The notes under the pieces are model-generated. The model was not told the origin of the DNA. It saw only the letters and a list, made by a program, of their open reading frames with translations, and made no database searches. This document shows positions 51,700-64,000 of a stretch of DNA of 64,000 nucleotides, piece after piece (within the stretch, counting starts at the first letter, position 1; every line of letters begins with the position of its first letter). The DNA lies in the NCBI RefSeq assembly GCF_009914755.1, contig NC_060935.1. One strand, 5' to 3'. The stretch is from the human T2T-CHM13v2.0 reference genome, Homo sapiens. The translations under genes were made by a program, and so were the position numbers.

Positions 51700-52634
51700 T
51701 CAGGGACATAATCCTGAAACTGCTCTTTAACCATGTGCCATCCATGAACAATGGCATGAAAATCACATGTTTATTTCCTGAGCCTAACACTGGAGCTCCA
51801 GTGTTGGATACTAATCAGAGACACCCGCAGCAGCTGCTGCAGGCTGAGCAGGTGTTATGTAATGAAATATTCTGGTAAGAATGCCCTAGAAGTTGCTTTG
51901 TCATCACATCAGCTCAGGACAGGAAAGAAGCTGTGGATTGAGACGCAGAGAATAGGGCCTAGGCTATTTCTTCTGGGATGGGAGTCAACAGAGCTGTTCC
52001 CTAGCATTGCCCTACTCTTAATCTTGGCCCTTTCATATTTTCCTTAATTGCTCAACTCTGAAGCTGGCCAGCCAGCTCTTACACCAAACACTCACTCTAT
52101 ACCTGAGAGACTTTTTTTTTCTTCTCCTCTTCCTTGTTATTTCTTTTTCTTTTTAACGTACACCCAGCACCTCCCAGCTATAAAGAAAAACTGAATACTT
52201 TCAGTCTCAAACAAAGCTTTATAGATTTGTTGGCAGGAAATCTAGAGTGGAATTTGCTATTAAATCTTAGTAAAGCAATTCTTCAAACAACATGTACAGA
52301 ACAATCAAACACTTTTAGATGTCAATCCCCAACAAAAGCATGCATTGTCCCTGAAGAACACCCAGTGGCCCTAACTTTCTTAGAGTGAGAAGAGTTTACA
52401 AAAATGTAACTTATTTCATATCTCAGGTTGTCTGCTGAATGGACTCTTCCACAATCCATCAAGAGTAAGGCTTCCTGATAGCACATTTCAGCTCAAGTAG
52501 CTCCATAATGGATGGGTTTTTCTCCTCTTAGGTAAAAACAGAAGCATTTTTACAAATTGAAAAGTAAGTTTGTAATGATGACAAAGTCAAGTAGCAGGTG
52601 TAGTATTGCTCGAATTTTCAAGCCTTCTGGAATA

Positions 52635-52865
52635 TAATATTTAATATTTGTTGAGTACTTATCATGTATCAAGCACTGTTATCTCATTTAAGCCTCACAA
52701 CAGCCCTTTGAGATAGATATTGTCACCATCTCCACTTTCCCCATAAGGGAACTGGGACCTCACAGAGCTAATGAAATGTTAAGGTCACAGAGCTTGTAAG
52801 AGAGGGCAGCAGGTTTTAAGTTCAAGGAGTAGGACTTCAAAGCCCATATTCCGAATTACTGTACT
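52635..52865 (-). mobile_element. MIR
   Basis: ctcatttaagcctcacaacagccc...aaggtcacagagcttgtaag. Confidence 0.7.
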
Positions 52866-55059
52866 GATTTGATGAATTCTGAAAAAGCTTTCAACTTTTC
52901 AGCATGATAGGAAAAAGGACCAATGAATACTGAGTACCTACTAGGAGCCAATATTGCACACATGCTCTCTTATTTAAATCTCTCAACATGTTTATGAGGA
53001 TAATGTTCTCTTCTCTAATTTATGTATGAGGGGGTGGAGTCTACAAGAAAGGTAATAGGTGGTTGGCTGACAAGCTGAACCCAGGTGCAGTAGAAAGAGC
53101 CAGACCATGCTATCTCCTGGAAAGGGATTGAGCACATAGAAGTTCCTTGATAATGCTTTAGGTTTTACAGGTCTTCTCTCATTCTTGCTCCATCTTTGTA
53201 ATGTAAAAAATGTGCATGTGATTCAGTGGGAGAATGTCTGGCTCTTTGAAATTATAAATTTGTTTACATCAGAAAAGTATTAACTTATGACCCAAATGTA
53301 AGAGCCTGCAAGTAAATCAAAATGTCTTATTATGAAAGGTAATAAAAGAAGAGACAAGCTGGTGGAAAAGACCTTCTGTGACCTGAGGTTTTCTCCACTG
53401 CAACCATTCATAGCTTTTTCTGTCACCTCCATGCCATTGGAGGCACACGTGATGTGTATGGGCAGGATAGACGTTACACATATGAGCCTATGCAAAATGA
53501 TCCTGCTCCCACCTGAACCCCACCCTCCTAAAAATGAAAACTTTTATTTCCCTTACTTTAGATATTCTTTAGAATTTTCTCACATATCCCCAAACATACA
53601 CATTAGGAGGTCTCCTGATGGGTTATTTGATACACGAACCAAAGTTAGCAGCAAAACAAGAGACCGGGTGAAACTATGTGATTGGGTATGACGCAAGGGT
53701 GTGGGAGCTGCTGGCCTTTGATGTTGTGATGTCAGGCTCCAGTGCATGTTACGAGGGAGGCAAAATCCTCACCTTTGTTTTCTTTAGGCTCTAGAGCAGT
53801 TGTCAGGGGAACTGTGTTTTGATGAACTCAACCTGACTCCTGCTGAGGTTGGGGTGAACTCTCCTTTGGAGGAGGTCCCCAAGGTCACCACCATAGCCCT
53901 GCAGCATCCTCTGTCAACAAGCAAGGGGAGCCAATGTGTTATTGTTCTTTCAGTCTCCATGGCTGGCCTGGAATTCAGGAGGAGAAATGGGAAAGGAGGG
54001 GTGGAGGAGAAAAGGATTTGTTCCAGCTCTAGAGCTGGCTAGTAAACATCGCTAGAAATGCAAACAGAGGGAGTTTTTGCAATGAAGAGTGACTTCACTA
54101 CTTTTAAAGGTATATGCAGTATATCCACATACAAATATTCAGAGATAGAAGCAGACCCTTAATGTCTGTCCTGCTGGGGACACAACGCCCTCAGCTGCAT
54201 CCAAGCCCCTTCAGCTCCAAGAAGGGTACTTGGTGTCAGGTGACTCAGGACAGCCTCTTTTAAAGAATACAGAGCCCAGGAATACACTTGACATATATTC
54301 TCTGAGGTGTTAACACTGGCAGCGAGTTACACTCCACATTTTCATCTATCCCTCACACAATTGCTGAATACAAAATACTCTTGAATTCAAGCAGAGAAGT
54401 CTTGTTGAGGGCCTTGAGCAGACTGAAAGCAACAGAAAGGCAAGGCATTTGGACAGCACGTAAAAGCTGAGCTGACCCAATTCTAAAATTCTAATTTTGC
54501 CAAGTATAGATTTAAGCCTTCCCCTTTCCCATGTAGGTGCATGGTTATTTAACACACAGAAATTTTAAAGTAACCGCATTTAAGACCCTTTCACTCCTTG
54601 GGAGGCGAGAGTTTCTACTTTTTAAAATCTAACATACAGATTAAAAAATCCAATTCTATGGAATTAGGAAATCAGACTTTTCAGGATTCAAAGAGGACTC
54701 CACCTGGACATTGTTTGAAAAAACTCCGAATTCCCATAGGGAGAACTTAAGTGCCTTCCAGAAGTCCTGGGAGACTCCAGGCACCAAGCAAGACAATGTC
54801 TGGCCCCTGGGCTGTGTTTTATAAGTGTTTACAAAGCTGTGAACCTACAGAGAGGCAGATGCCATTCAAGGGGTAAGGCCAGGGCAGTTCACACTTTATT
54901 TCCATTATCCCAGAGAGTTCTCTCAAGGGCAGGAGGAGCATTTCTTATTTATCGCTCTATCTTCTCCTCAAGAGTGTCAGGTGCACAGTCAGATGCACGT
55001 AATTGTTTTCAAATGAATTAAAAAGTACTCTTAATTTGATTATTGTAATTTCACAAACA

Positions 55060-55925
55060 CAGTTGCTGTACCCTAGAAAAGGACAGGGCAACCATCTGAG
55101 CCCACTGATCAATCTCAGCATCACTTGCTAAGATACTATTCACCTTACAAAGGAGGAAATGGGCTCAGAGTGGGACGCTCAGCACTGCTGCCTCTGCTGC
55201 AGTCCCTTGTGAAGCACACAGCACCACCTTGAAGAATCAGTGCCAAAATAACTGAAGCTGATCACATGTTTAAAGCCAACTTCTAGTTGACAGGAATTAC
55301 AGGGGAGAGAGAACAAGTGCAATTTCACCATAAGGAACCAAATAAACTAACCCAAAATGTGGGACTTTCTACAGGACAATGGACCTGGTTCTAACCTAAG
55401 CATTGGCTTTAAAAAATAAGGGAGTGGCTTGAGAAACTACATTACCTAAAATGATTTAAGAGACATAACAACCAAATGCAGTGTGTGGATCTGAAATTGT
55501 GATTCAAACATGCCAACTGTTGAAAGGAAGGAAGGAAGGAAGGAGGAAGGAAGGAAGGAAAGAAAGAAGGAAAGGAAGAAAGGAAGGGAGGGGAGAAAAA
55601 AAAGTAAGCCAACTAGAGAAATTTGAATATGAATTTGGCATTAGGTGATACCAAGAGATTGTTACGTTTGTCTGATGTAAAAACAGTCCCATGGTTGTGT
55701 GAAAAAAAATGCCCATTTTAAAAAGATGCAAAGTCGAGAGTGAAATAATAGTAAATTAGGAAATTGCATTAAACATATATAGATGAAGACAAAATGGCAA
55801 AATCTTGCTAACTGTTGTATACATTGATTTAGTGTAAGTTTCTCTATTGGGTCACTATACAATTATACTAGTATAATTGTATGTTTACAATTTTTCACTA
55901 TTAAAATTTTGAAAAGTTTTTAAAA
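55060..55925 (+). mobile_element. L1MC/ME-like 3' UTR with an internal (GAAG)n tract at 55523-55600
   Basis: atttaagagacataacaaccaaatgcagtgtgtggatc...aaaatggcaaaatcttgctaactgttg. Confidence 0.7.
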
Positions 55926-55941
55926 ACACAAAACATATATA

Positions 55942-56255
55942 GGCCAGGCGTGGTGGCTTATGCCTGTAATCTCAGCGCTTTGGGAGGCCGAGGCGGGTGG
56001 ATCACCTGAGGTCAGGAGTTTGAGACCAGCCTGACCAACATGGTGAAACCCCATCTCTACTAAAAATGCAAATATTGGCCGGATGTGGTGGTGGGTGCCT
56101 ATAATCCTGGCCACTCGGGAGGCTGAAGCAGGAGAATCACTTGAACCCAGGGGGCAGAGATTGCAGTGAGCCGAGGTCGTGCCACTTCACTTCAGCCTGG
56201 GTGAAAATGCAAAACTCTTTCTCAAAACAAACAAACAAACAAACAAACAAACAAA
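55942..56255 (+). mobile_element. AluSq/Sp-like with (CAAA)n tail
   Basis: gatcacctgaggtcaggagtttgagaccagcctgaccaacatgg. TSD aacatatata. Confidence 0.92.
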
Positions 56256-56699
56256 AAACAGAACATATATAGCAAAGTGTTCAGTTTCTTGATCTCGCTA
56301 CTCTCCTTTCTAGTTGCAGTAAAATTTAGGCACCTCAGCTCTACCATGCTTTTGCTATCATGCCAAAACTGGATGGTGAGTTCCACTTGCTCGGAGTGAT
56401 AATTTGCTAGTCTTTAAGACTATCCTTTAATCTCTTGCCTTACATATTTTCAATCAGGTCTGAAAATAGTAAGAAGACTTTACATCTCCTAACCATGGTG
56501 CAAAGCATGGTCAGGTTTGGCCAGGGAGAGGTAGGAAGAAGGAGGGAGACTCTGTGGGAGGGAGCAGGCAGAAGGGCGAGCAGAATGCCAGGTTCCCTCC
56601 CCTCTGAAGCTGACAGAAGGTCCTCTAGGCAGTGTCCTGGAGGCTTGCTTAGAAGCTAGCCTCAGAGGGGAGAAATAATGGCAACAAAACTAAACCAAA

Positions 56700-57265
56700 A
56701 ACAGCATGAGGTAGCTATAAGATAGTGAAAAGCCATTACTGTTGGAATGAGCTGTTGGGCCGGATGACTTAACCTCTCTCAGCTTCCATTCCTTTCCCTG
56801 TCAAGCTGCGATGACAATACTCTCTTCCAGTGTAGCTGTGAGGAGTCGATGAGGTGACACTGGTGAAAATTCCCAGCACTGGGCTGGATACCTAACAGCT
56901 ACTCAGTGAAGATAAATTGGATCTCAATTGAGAAAACAAATATTTATTAAGCAGGTATTATGTGTCAAGCATTATTATAGGTAGTATAGACGAAGAGCAT
57001 GAAGATGAACAAAATAGGGTTATTGCCTTTAAGAAACTCTTATTTTTGTACATATTTGGGAGTGGTGGCAGAATGAGCAAGGATATGGAAATAAGCTAAA
57101 AAATGAACTAGCATTTGTTGAGACCCTGCTGCATGATAGTCATTCTGCTCTATGTTTTGCCTATGTTAGCTCACTTTATCCTCACAGGAACATGCCAAGG
57201 TATTGTTCACTTCACAGAGGAGGAAACAGGCTCAGAGAAGCTCACTACATTTGCCAAGATCAGGA
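56700..57265. mobile_element. MIR (+), L2 (-) and MIR (-) fragments
   Basis: tgacttaacctctctcagcttcc; aaatatttattaagcaggtattatgtgtcaagc; ttcacagaggaggaaacaggctcagaga. Confidence 0.6.
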
Positions 57266-57332
57266 TATAAAGTCTCCTCAAACCCCCAAGCTACTCTCCC
57301 CCTCCCTACATTGGATCCTATGGATCCAAAAA

Positions 57333-58052
57333 TGTGCAATAAAAATAAAATCCTAAGTTCCTTAACCTTCTAAGCAGACCCCCACTGGCCAAAGAGACCC
57401 CAGAAAAACTTTGAAAACTGTTCCTAACCGTGACAAGAAGGGAGTCCCATTGTGTCTCAATGCCTCTTTCCTTGCTAACCATTACCAGAATTTTTTTCCT
57501 AAGAGTTAAACAGAAGCCAGCCCTGGAAAAGAAAGAAGGGAAGACTCATCCCTCCACTGACTTCAACCAACCGCCTGACACCATGGCTAGATTCCCCTCC
57601 CTTTTTGCAATTTTGACATGACAGCTAACCAGCTAACAAAGTATTCCTTCCTGATCCGTGACCATCGAGTGGTTCTGGCCAGTTTACTGAGGGTGCACAC
57701 GAACTGCCTTTGTGTCCTGTGTTTCTCCTTTTGACATACAGAGCCTAGTTTTACTGCATCTTAAGGTTGTCTCCACCCCTTAGTGAACATGGGACATATG
57801 TTACATGTGTGTTTGCTTATCGCACATGTGCCTACCCTCTTTCATGAATATTCATAGCTCTTCCTATAACCTGTTAAATCCGTGTGTTATTTAATAACAT
57901 ACATATTAATGAAACTCCTGCCCCAGCCATTCCTCTCTAGAAGTATCTGCTTTTGGTCTCAGCCAGACCCTGCTTCCCAGCCTGCAGATTGCAATCCTTC
58001 ATAAGAAAGCTCTCCTTTCCAAATGTATAAATCTCATGATTTTAAGCAGACA
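57333..58052 (+). mobile_element. MER39-like ERV1 solo LTR
   Basis: TG...CA ends. tgtgcaataaaaataaaatcctaag...ggccaaagagaccccagaaaaac...aaagctctcctttccaaatgtataaatctcatgattttaagcagaca. Confidence 0.75.
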
Positions 58053-58639
58053 GAAGCTAGCTGACTGGAACTTCCTCATTTTAGCACAGCCAAATAACAG
58101 ATTCGTCTATACCAGCATCTATCCTGTTTCTTTCCTTCTGGCACTATAAAGGAAGTGTGCTTCTTGGTATCACTTGGATTCTGGATCCTGTAACTTTTCT
58201 TGGACCTTGCTGTGTGGATTATCTTCTCTCGACTCCTGCATGTCCAACCAAGACTTTTCCACTGAATCCTTCCCATCAGGCATTCGACTCTCTAGGTCTC
58301 CAATATTAGAAAAACCTCCAGCCCCACATGACTCTCCAGCTGTCATTCCATCACTCTTCTTCCCTTCACATGGAAGCTCCTTGAAAGAGTTGTCTACACC
58401 ACAAAGGTATCCATCTCCTTCCTCACTTCCCGTTCCTCTGACCTAGTCCAATTTACTTCCTGTCTATACTTCTCCAAAAAAATTGCTTTTGCCAAGGTCA
58501 CAAATGGTCTTCATGCTTCCTGATCCATCATTTTGTGTATGTGTGTGTTTTATTTCTTTATTTTTTTAAAATTGCTTTTTACAGAGTAATGTTTTCCTGC
58601 TAAATGTTGTTGTTACCCAAATATTTAAATAAAGAACAA

Positions 58640-59670
58640 ACTTTTAAAACCATCTTGATTGAGATATGTTACATACCGTAAGATTCACCCATTTAATGTG
58701 TACAATTCAGTGGCTTTTAGTCTATCACAGAATTGTGTAACCATCACCACAACCTAAGTTTAGAATATTTTTCTCACCTCCAACCCCAAACACTTACCCA
58801 TTAACAATCACTCCCCTTGTCCCCTAGTCCTATGCAAGCACTAATCTACTTCCTGTCCCTATATATTTGCCTGTTCCGGACATGTCATATAAATTGAGTC
58901 ACATAATGTGTGACACTTTGTGGCTGGTTTCTTTCACTTAGAACATTAGGAAATCATGTTTTCAAGGGTCATCCATGTTGTAGTGTGTGTCAGTACTTCA
59001 TTCTTTTCTATGGCCAAATAATTCACACCCGTAGAATGGATATAGCATGTTTTGTTTATCTGGTCATCATTTGATGGACATTTGCCTATTATCCACCTTC
59101 AGCTTTTATGAGTAATGCTGCTGTTAATATTCAGGTACAAGTTTTTGTGTGGACTTACATTTTCACTTCTCTTGAGTATAGGTGTAGGAACAGAATTTCT
59201 GAGTCACATGGTAACTCTATGTTTACAATTTGAGGAACTACAAGACCGTTTGGCAAAATAGTACGGCTGCAGCATTTTATTTTAAATTTTCTTTTTTTTT
59301 TTTTTTTTGAGACGGAGTCTCACTCTGTCACCCAGGCTGGAGTGCAGTGGCATGATCTTGCAACCTCCGCCTCCCAGGTTCAAGCGATTCTCCTGCCTCA
59401 GCCGCCTGAGTAGCTAGGATTACAGGTGCCCGCCACCACGCCGGGCTAATTTTTGTATCTGTAGTAGAGACAGGGTTTCACCATGTTGGTGAGGCTGGTC
59501 TCGATCTCCTGACCTCGTGATCCACCCACCTTGGCCTCCCAAAGTGCTGGGATTACAGGCGTGAGCCACCGCGCCGGGCCGGCTGCATCATCTTAAATTG
59601 CACCAGCAGTGTACGAGAGTTTCCGTTTCTGCACATCCTGCCTAACACTTGTTATTGTCTACCTTTGGTC
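58640..59670 (-). mobile_element. L1MB-like 3' end interrupted by an Alu
   Basis: ttgattgagatatgttacataccgtaagattcacccatttaa...catccatgttgtagtgtgtgtcagtacttcattc. Confidence 0.85.
59281..59580 (-). mobile_element. AluS (Sc/Sg-like)
   Basis: Antisense Alu. TSD ggctgca(g/t)cat at 59265 and 59581. Confidence 0.92.
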
Positions 59671-59974
59671 TTTATCCACAGCTTTTCTTTGTCTTTTATA
59701 AAATTGACATATTTAAAGAATACAGCTGTTTTCCCTTTTGTGTTAATAGAATGGTCTTCATTTTAGATTTCTGATGTTTCTTCATGATTACATTCAGGTT
59801 GTACATTTCTGGCAAGAACGCTGCCTAGATGTGTCCTTCTCAGGGTATCACATCTGGTTGCTCATGACATCCATCTGTCCCTCTCGATGATATTGATTTC
59901 AATCACTCAGTTGAGGCGTTGTTCAATGTCTCCACTTTATAATGGCTATTTTTTTCCTTCCTTGCAACTAATTA

Positions 59975-60350
59975 CTAGGCTGGTGCAAAAGTAATTGCAT
60001 TTTTTGCTGTTATATCCTTTCAATGGCAAAAACCACAATTACTTTTTAAAATTATTTATTTATTTATTTTTTATTTTACTTTAAGTTCCAGGATACATGT
60101 GCAGAACGTGCAGGTTTGTTACATAGCTATACATGTGCCATGGTGGTTTGCTGCACCTATCAACTTGTCATCTAGGTTTTAAGCCCCACATGCATTAGGT
60201 ATTTGTGCAAATGCTCTCCCTCCCCTCCTCCCACCCTCTGACAAGCTCCGGTGTGTGATGTTCCCCAACCTGTGTCCATGTGTTCTCCTTGTCCAACTCC
60301 CACTTATGAGTGAGAACACAAAAACCTCAATTACTTTTGCACCAACCTAA
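59975..60350. mobile_element. MADE1 (Hsmar1-derived mariner MITE) split by an L1PA insertion
   Basis: ta|ctaggctggtgcaaaagtaattgc...caatggcaaaaaccacaattactttt [L1] caaaaacctcaattacttttgcaccaacctaa|ta. Confidence 0.92.
60047..60318 (-). mobile_element. L1PA7/8-like 3' end (~270 bp)
   Basis: ggatacatgtgcagaacgtgcaggtttgttacata...tcatctaggttttaagcccc. 20-bp TSD caaaaacc(a/t)caattactttt at 60027-60046 and 60319-60338. Confidence 0.92.
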
Positions 60351-62029
60351 TAACAGTCTCTGGGAAACAAAGATAGTTCAAAATATTCTGCTCCTAGTCA
60401 AAATTCCCCTCTAGATTTAGCTTTCATTTGATGGTCCTTGCCTAATTCTATCTTTACTATGATGTTTGTAAAGTGATCATTTTCCAGCTATAGCTCTTCC
60501 TGCACATTTATTAGCTGGTCCTTGGCAGCTGACTGTAAGCAAGAGCTCTCCCTTCTCCACTTATTTATTCATTATTGGTGAGGATTCATGAATTCCTGTT
60601 GTTGTTTTTTTTTCCGATGAGTTGTAATTCATTACTATACTTAATGGATTTGGTTGGTGGGAGTCACTCTGACTCCTGCATCCTTGTGACATGTTCCAAT
60701 CTTTCCCTCTCTTTGTCTCTCTCTCTCTTGTCCTTACTTCCTGACATAATAAGGTGTTCTAGGTTCATCTTGCCCCTACCCCACCTCAACTCTGGAACCA
60801 GCCATTTCTCTAAGGGTCTGGTTCCTTTTACTGGGGAATGGTATTAGATACCAAGATCTGGGCGCTAAGTGTGCTCATTGCTACTGGTGTGTTTTTGCTT
60901 TTTGATGCTTTCAGTAGACAGAGCTAGGAAATATATGCACTTAAAATATGTATATTCACACACATACACATGTTTTAGAAATCATGAGTTTATCTCCATT
61001 TCCACCCCCATTGGATTCTTTCTTGCTTTCTTCCAATTCATATTTGCATGCTCCTTCTTCCACAGTGAAACCCTAAACCTTAACAACATCAATATGCTGT
61101 TCACTCCTTTCTCAATCCTGTAATACATATACACTCATTTCAGAATTGTTTCACCTATTCCATTACAATAAACAAACTTACTAAAATAAATTCTGGATTT
61201 GTTTGTAATTCTTAAAATTCATAAAAGTGTTAGTGGTCAATAGTGAGAAATCTAAGAAAATACCCTGGAGACTCAGAAACCCTGATTAAAATCTGTTATA
61301 AGCCTAAAATCCAAGTTCAATCCTCAGTTCAGGGTTGACCTTTGGATATTTTCTTCCTAGGGTGGAAGGCAGTGGTAGTTTCCTGAGAGCAGCTTTAATT
61401 GAAGACACGTCTGCAATCCACTGTGTGATCCTAGAACTCGTTCAAATAGGCATTTACGCTCAATATATCTTGAGTTTGGTCTTGTTGGAGCATGCCACAG
61501 ACAGCACAACCACCAGCCACATTTTATTAAGCTAGACTGCGCCAGACTGATCACAGTGGTGGATCTACCTGGCAATCCAAGGAACCATCTCCTCTTTCTC
61601 TCAGGCGAGACTGAACTCTGCTTACCTTCCTCTCTCTTCAAAAAATGCAATAGAAGTATCAAAAACTGTCTTAAACTGGGCCCAGACCAATCTGGTTATA
61701 AGCTTAATACTCCCTCACCCAAATTATTTCGTGATTCCTAGTTCACATTTTTTGATTCACCTTGTGTACTGCAAATCCCCCTATGTTTGTTGACTTCTAG
61801 TCTTGATGCCAGAAATGCTTAGCAATGAAGAAAGGACTTTGAGCTGTGAAACTGAAGAGGAGAATCTCCCAATCTGGATAAGAGATTGTTAATGAGATTG
61901 AATGTTCAGGAACATGATAAATTCCTTTCATGGGGCCTGATAAATTTCTCTCTTCTTTTCCCACTCATGTTAATGTATCAGTTGAGGGCTAGGCACAGAA
62001 GTCAAGCAGATGGGGCTCAACATATCTTT

Positions 62030-62457
62030 AGAGGGAGTACAGGGTACATGTTATGTTGCACTACCCAAGTCCCCTTTAGGAAATGAGGGAATCATTCTCC
62101 CAGCCGCAGGGAGTACTCCCAGAATATCACCCTCAGCTGACAGCCGTCTCTGGGCTGGGGATTGTTTTGGCTGAAGAAAACTGTCTCATCCAGGGTCACA
62201 CCTTCCAGAGGCAGCCTACATCCAGTGAGTCATTCAACTTGGAGGTATAAAGGTCCAGCCCACTCTCTCCAATTTGGGACATGTCTGTGGAGTTTCTGAG
62301 GCCTTTGCTGGGACTGCATTGCTTTGTTGGACTCTCCCTCTGACCAGTCTGCTTTCTTCTTCTCTCTTCCACAGGTATTAATCCCTAGAGAACTCTCTTA
62401 CAAATTTCCTAAACGCTAATGTCAGAATTTGCCTTCCAAAGGATCCAGCCTAAGATG
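62030..62457 (+). mobile_element. LTR16A-like ERVL solo LTR
   Basis: cattctcccagccgcagggagt...cagggtcacacc...ggtataaaggtccagccc...caatttgggaca...cttccacaggtattaatccctagag...cctaagat. Confidence 0.8.
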
Positions 62458-62757
62458 TGTCCAGTTCAGGAAAGTGTCCTGAAACATTACATTCAGCTGA
62501 GTTGTGGGCACTGAGAGAGAGAAACGCAAACAGAGAGTACTTATGATTCCAGGGATCAACTTAAGTGAAGACCCAGACGACTTAAAGACTCAACACCAAA
62601 ACTTTGAAAACCTTGCCTGTCTCATCTGGGGCCTGACACAGTCTTTGTTGAATGAATTAATAATGATAGGTGAGCTTTTTCTATTTATTTCAGATTGCAG
62701 GTTGCATTTGTTTATTTGTTTACAACAAAAGTGCATGAACAAATCATACCAAGCAGG

Positions 62758-62950
62758 AATAATAATAGCTATCATTTATTGAGCTCTTACTTTGTGCCAA
62801 GCACTTTGTGTATACTGTCTTATTTATTTCTCATAATGATCCTGTGAGGCAGATACTATTGTTATTCTAATTTTATAGATAAGAAAACTGAGGTTTAACT
62901 AAGTTAAGATGCTTGCTATAGTCAAAGAGCCAGTGAAACTCTTGGCCACA
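62758..62950 (-). mobile_element. MIR
   Basis: aataatagctatcatttattgagctcttactttgtgccaagcac...atagataagaaaactgagg. Confidence 0.8.
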
Positions 62951-63464
62951 CATACTAGACTCCCTGGGGACAAAGAACCTCAAAGGAGCACCGCTGAGAG
63001 CTGCTGGAGCCCAGAGGGGGTTGCGCCCTCTCTGCCAGATGTCCATGGATGCCTGGCCCTTTGGATGGTTCTGCCTCATGCAGCTTGAGGCTAGGAGAGC
63101 TGAGACCAGGCTACGGTTTGGCTTCTGCCTCTTTATTTCGGGGAATGGCATGAAGATCAAAGTGCTCAGCTGCTGGTGAGAGAGCCATAGTTCCAAAGCT
63201 GTAGATAGTTGCCTCTGCTCAAATGAAGGGAAACTTGATAGACGAGTTTTTCCTGCCTTTGGCAAAGAAGGTGCCAGCACAAGGGTAATATTTAAAGATC
63301 ACACAGGGATTTTTTTTTTCCAGGAGATTGTGTATTGAAAAAGGGTGTGGGGTTGGCGAGGTGTAAGGGGAGGCCTTTAACAAAAAAAGAAGCTTGTACA
63401 TAGGTTCCTTTGCTGGTGGGATTTTGTGCACAGAAGATGCAACATGCCTCTTGTTTTTTTCTGC

Positions 63465-63585
63465 TCATCAACTCAATCATCTGTTCCACCCATGTCTATT
63501 GGGTGCCTACTACATGTCAGGCACAGTTCAAGACACTGGGATGTAGCATTCTAGATTGTAGCTTTCATGGAGCTCATATGCTACT
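63465..63585 (-). mobile_element. L2 3' fragment
   Basis: tattgggtgcctactacatgtcaggcacagttc...ttcatggagctca. Confidence 0.6.
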
Positions 63586-64000
63586 GCGGGGAGGATAGGC
63601 CTGCCTGTGCAGAGAGCTGGGTTGCAATCTTGTAGTATTTTCTCATGACAATATCGAGTGCTCAGAATTGCTAGCACTAAGCACATGGGTAAGCGCACAA
63701 GTGTAACAATGGGTTTCATCTACGTAAGCAGAGGGAATTACAGAACTAAGCAGGAAAGTCCATGGAGTGCACAAATGGGTGATTGTAAATCCCCTTGATG
63801 CATCTGGCAGGACACTTAACAGTGGGGTGCAGGAACGATTTAGAGTAAAACCTTATGAATAACGGGGATGGGGGAGCCGAGGCAGCCAGCCTAGAAGTTG
63901 TCCTATTCCCATCAGCAGTTAAAGAGGGCTATAAAGGCCATCTCTTTCAGCATGATGAAGAGCAGAGGTTTTCTAACCTTACTAGCTAGGTTTACTAGCA

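Larger units (their letters stand above)
59690..61210 (-). mobile_element. L1MC4/5-like 3' UTR hosting MADE1 and L1PA
   Basis: ttcatgattacattcaggttgtacatttctggcaagaa; ctggaaccagccatttctctaagggtctggttccttttactggggaatggtattagataccaagatctggg. Confidence 0.75.

Noticed and set aside
63005-63040. Possible CTCF site (gcgccctctctgcca)
   Set aside because: Only the AGAGGGCGC half matches. The CCASY part does not, so it cannot be supported without a PWM scan or ChIP data.

Overview
Primate, almost certainly human, genomic DNA (AluY/AluS, THE1, MER and L1PA repeats). It contains one credible protein-coding gene: the intronless RASSF10 (CDS 20154-21677, + strand, 507 aa), inside a CpG island of about 2.4 kb. 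From recall this is chr11p15, near TEAD1/LINC00958; that is not verifiable here. The rest is intergenic and dominated by interspersed repeats (Alu, L1, L2, MIR, MaLR/ERVL/ERV1 solo LTRs, hAT/MULE/mariner relics), with several nested insertions and visible target-site duplications (TSDs). All other ORFs in the track look spurious. I found no new multi-gene system. The best leads are cis-acting. (1) A very strong G-quadruplex motif starts on the last base of the RASSF10 UAG stop. It is followed by an open 54-codon read-through frame and a 108-nt exon-like unit, either of which could remove the C-terminal ESLV PDZ-type motif. (2) A perfect palindromic C-MARE sits next to a TCF/LEF site just downstream of the gene. 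(3) A 35-bp-stem hairpin is embedded in a ~115-bp direct duplication. (4) THE1D and LTR16A LTRs carry AP-1 sites next to retained TATA boxes. (5) A Ricksha MULE carries ERVL cargo, and a MADE1 is split by an L1PA tail. Repeat subfamily names are by-eye matches to remembered consensus sequences, and repeat boundaries are approximate unless a TSD is quoted.
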